6,299 nt of DNA from positions 1-6,299 of IMG/VR virus record IMGVR_UViG_3300045988_067657. One strand, given 5' to 3'. Below are positions 5,474 through 6,299 of this stretch, piece by piece; the stretch's first letter is position 1, and each line of letters starts with the position of its first letter. The DNA is from a virus. The position numbers and the translations under genes were made by a program. Under the pieces are notes generated by a model. The model saw only the letters and a program-made list of their open reading frames with translations. It was not told where the DNA came from and did not search any database.

Positions 5474-6299
5474 TTAAAGTAAAGGCTCATCAGAAACCGA
5501 CATAGGGCGAATAGCTTTAATACCAATATGAGAATCTACCAAAATAGGGTCAGTGTTGTCTTCACCATTAAAAGCAACCGAACAAATAGAGTTAAGAATA
5601 CATGGAGACACCTTTAAACTATACACATTAAAAGGCGACTCGCCTGTATCAAAAAGAATACCCGTATTACGTGGAGCAGTCCAAGCACTCAAAGAGCCAC
5701 CTGTACAAAACTGTCCATGAACTCTATCAATACCTGTTTTATACTCCAAATAACGGTTTTGGTAGCCGTAAACTCGCTGCTTCCAATCAGTAGAAGAAGT
5801 GTCATTCAAAGGGTTTAAACAAGAAAGAAAATAAGTATTAACGGGTTGGTGACCTAAACGGTCAAATTCAGGCTGATAAAACTGCTCAAAACTTAACTTA
5901 AAATTGTGAGGGTCAATACCAAAAGAATTATAATCGGCATCAGGAGTGACAGAAAATATTCCTATAATAATTCCGTGCTCTTTTGTATCAAACACAATAT
6001 GAGAATCATTAACAGAAGAAGCCTTGCCATAAACATCACCTGTTTGACCAAGAACCGTATTGTCTGCTTCCGTTCCTGACTGAGTATTAGCTGTAGTAAT
6101 GACTTCACCAATAGAAACAGGAGAAGAAGAACCACCAATATAAGTAGATTTCCAATCATCGTGAACACCACCAAAACCAAAACGATTACGTATCTGTTCG
6201 CCATATGAGCCATTACCACTCTGTTGTTGCAAACGATACAGTTTATCCAACGCAAAAGCGGCACGAATATTATGTACAGGAATAGCCATGGGTCCATTA
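5474..6299 (-). CDS. VP1: Major capsid protein VP1, C-terminal part (same gene as 1..1019; 6201..6299 duplicates 1..99)
   Basis: The track ORF 5474..6289 (MAIPVHNIRAAFALDKLYRLQQQSGNGSYGEQIRNRFGFGG...) is the in-frame continuation of the 1..1019 frame. The Met at 6289 is internal (equivalent to position 89). The stop is TAA at 5476..5474. Confidence 0.9.
   Translation of the reverse strand, partial: NGPMAIPVHNIRAAFALDKLYRLQQQSGNGSYGEQIRNRFGFGGVHDDWKSTYIGGSSSPVSIGEVITTANTQSGTEADNTVLGQTGDVYGKASSVNDSHIVFDTKEHGIIIGIFSVTPDADYNSFGIDPHNFKLSFEQFYQPEFDRLGHQPVNTYFLSCLNPLNDTSSTDWKQRVYGYQNRYLEYKTGIDRVHGQFCTGGSLSAWTAPRNTGILFDTGESPFNVYSLKVSPCILNSICSVAFNGEDNTDPILVDSHIGIKAIRPMSVSDEPLL
6201..6299. repeat. Second copy of the terminal overlap; the unit genome is 6200 bp
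   Basis: Identical to 1..99 with offset 6200. Confidence 0.95.

Noticed and set aside
6287-6289. Met at 6289 as the start of the capsid gene
   Set aside because: The frame stays open upstream through the circular junction to the ATG at 1019, and that N-terminal region carries the conserved capsid N-terminal motifs. The Met at 6289 is internal.
5962-6297. Very hydrophobic 111-aa ORF inside VP1 (a tempting analogue of the embedded lysis gene E); similar Leu-rich ORFs at 482..748 and 776..967
   Set aside because: All are in the same +1 frame of VP1. All +1-frame ORFs in this genome are similarly Leu/Val/Ile-rich, so hydrophobicity is a frame-composition artefact rather than a signal. None has the start context seen at the real genes.

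Overview
The window is one complete circular Microviridae (ssDNA phage) genome plus a 99-nt overlap. Positions 1..99 are identical to 6201..6299, so the unit length is 6200 bp. All convincing genes are on the minus strand, so the given sequence is the complement of the viral coding strand. Reading the minus strand, the order is: a 68-aa hypothetical protein (3025->2819), a small lipoprotein-like membrane protein (2813->2616), the rolling-circle Rep VP4 (2614->1025), the major capsid protein VP1 (1019->1, continuing across the junction to 6200->5474; 581 aa), an acidic 145-aa protein that may be a scaffold (5455->5018), and the pilot/minor capsid protein VP2 (4970->3771). VP2 is followed by a canonical intrinsic terminator. 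Gene content, the ~6.2 kb size, the absence of Shine-Dalgarno sequences and a lipobox-type signal peptide fit a Bacteroidota-associated (Alpavirinae-like) microvirus, but that assignment is inference. The unusual part is the 745-bp noncoding gap (3026..3770, about 12% of the genome). It contains a ~410-bp GC-enriched, hairpin-dense island (about 3190..3602) with a 35-nt direct repeat, a thrice-repeated 16-mer, and small plus-strand ORFs that share the repeat-encoded C-terminal motif. AT-rich DNA flanks the island and holds a 14-bp perfect palindrome and a weak dif-like site. I cannot assign the island to any known RNA or element family from sequence alone, and it is the best candidate for something undescribed. 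The nested ORFs in the supplied track are frame artefacts.
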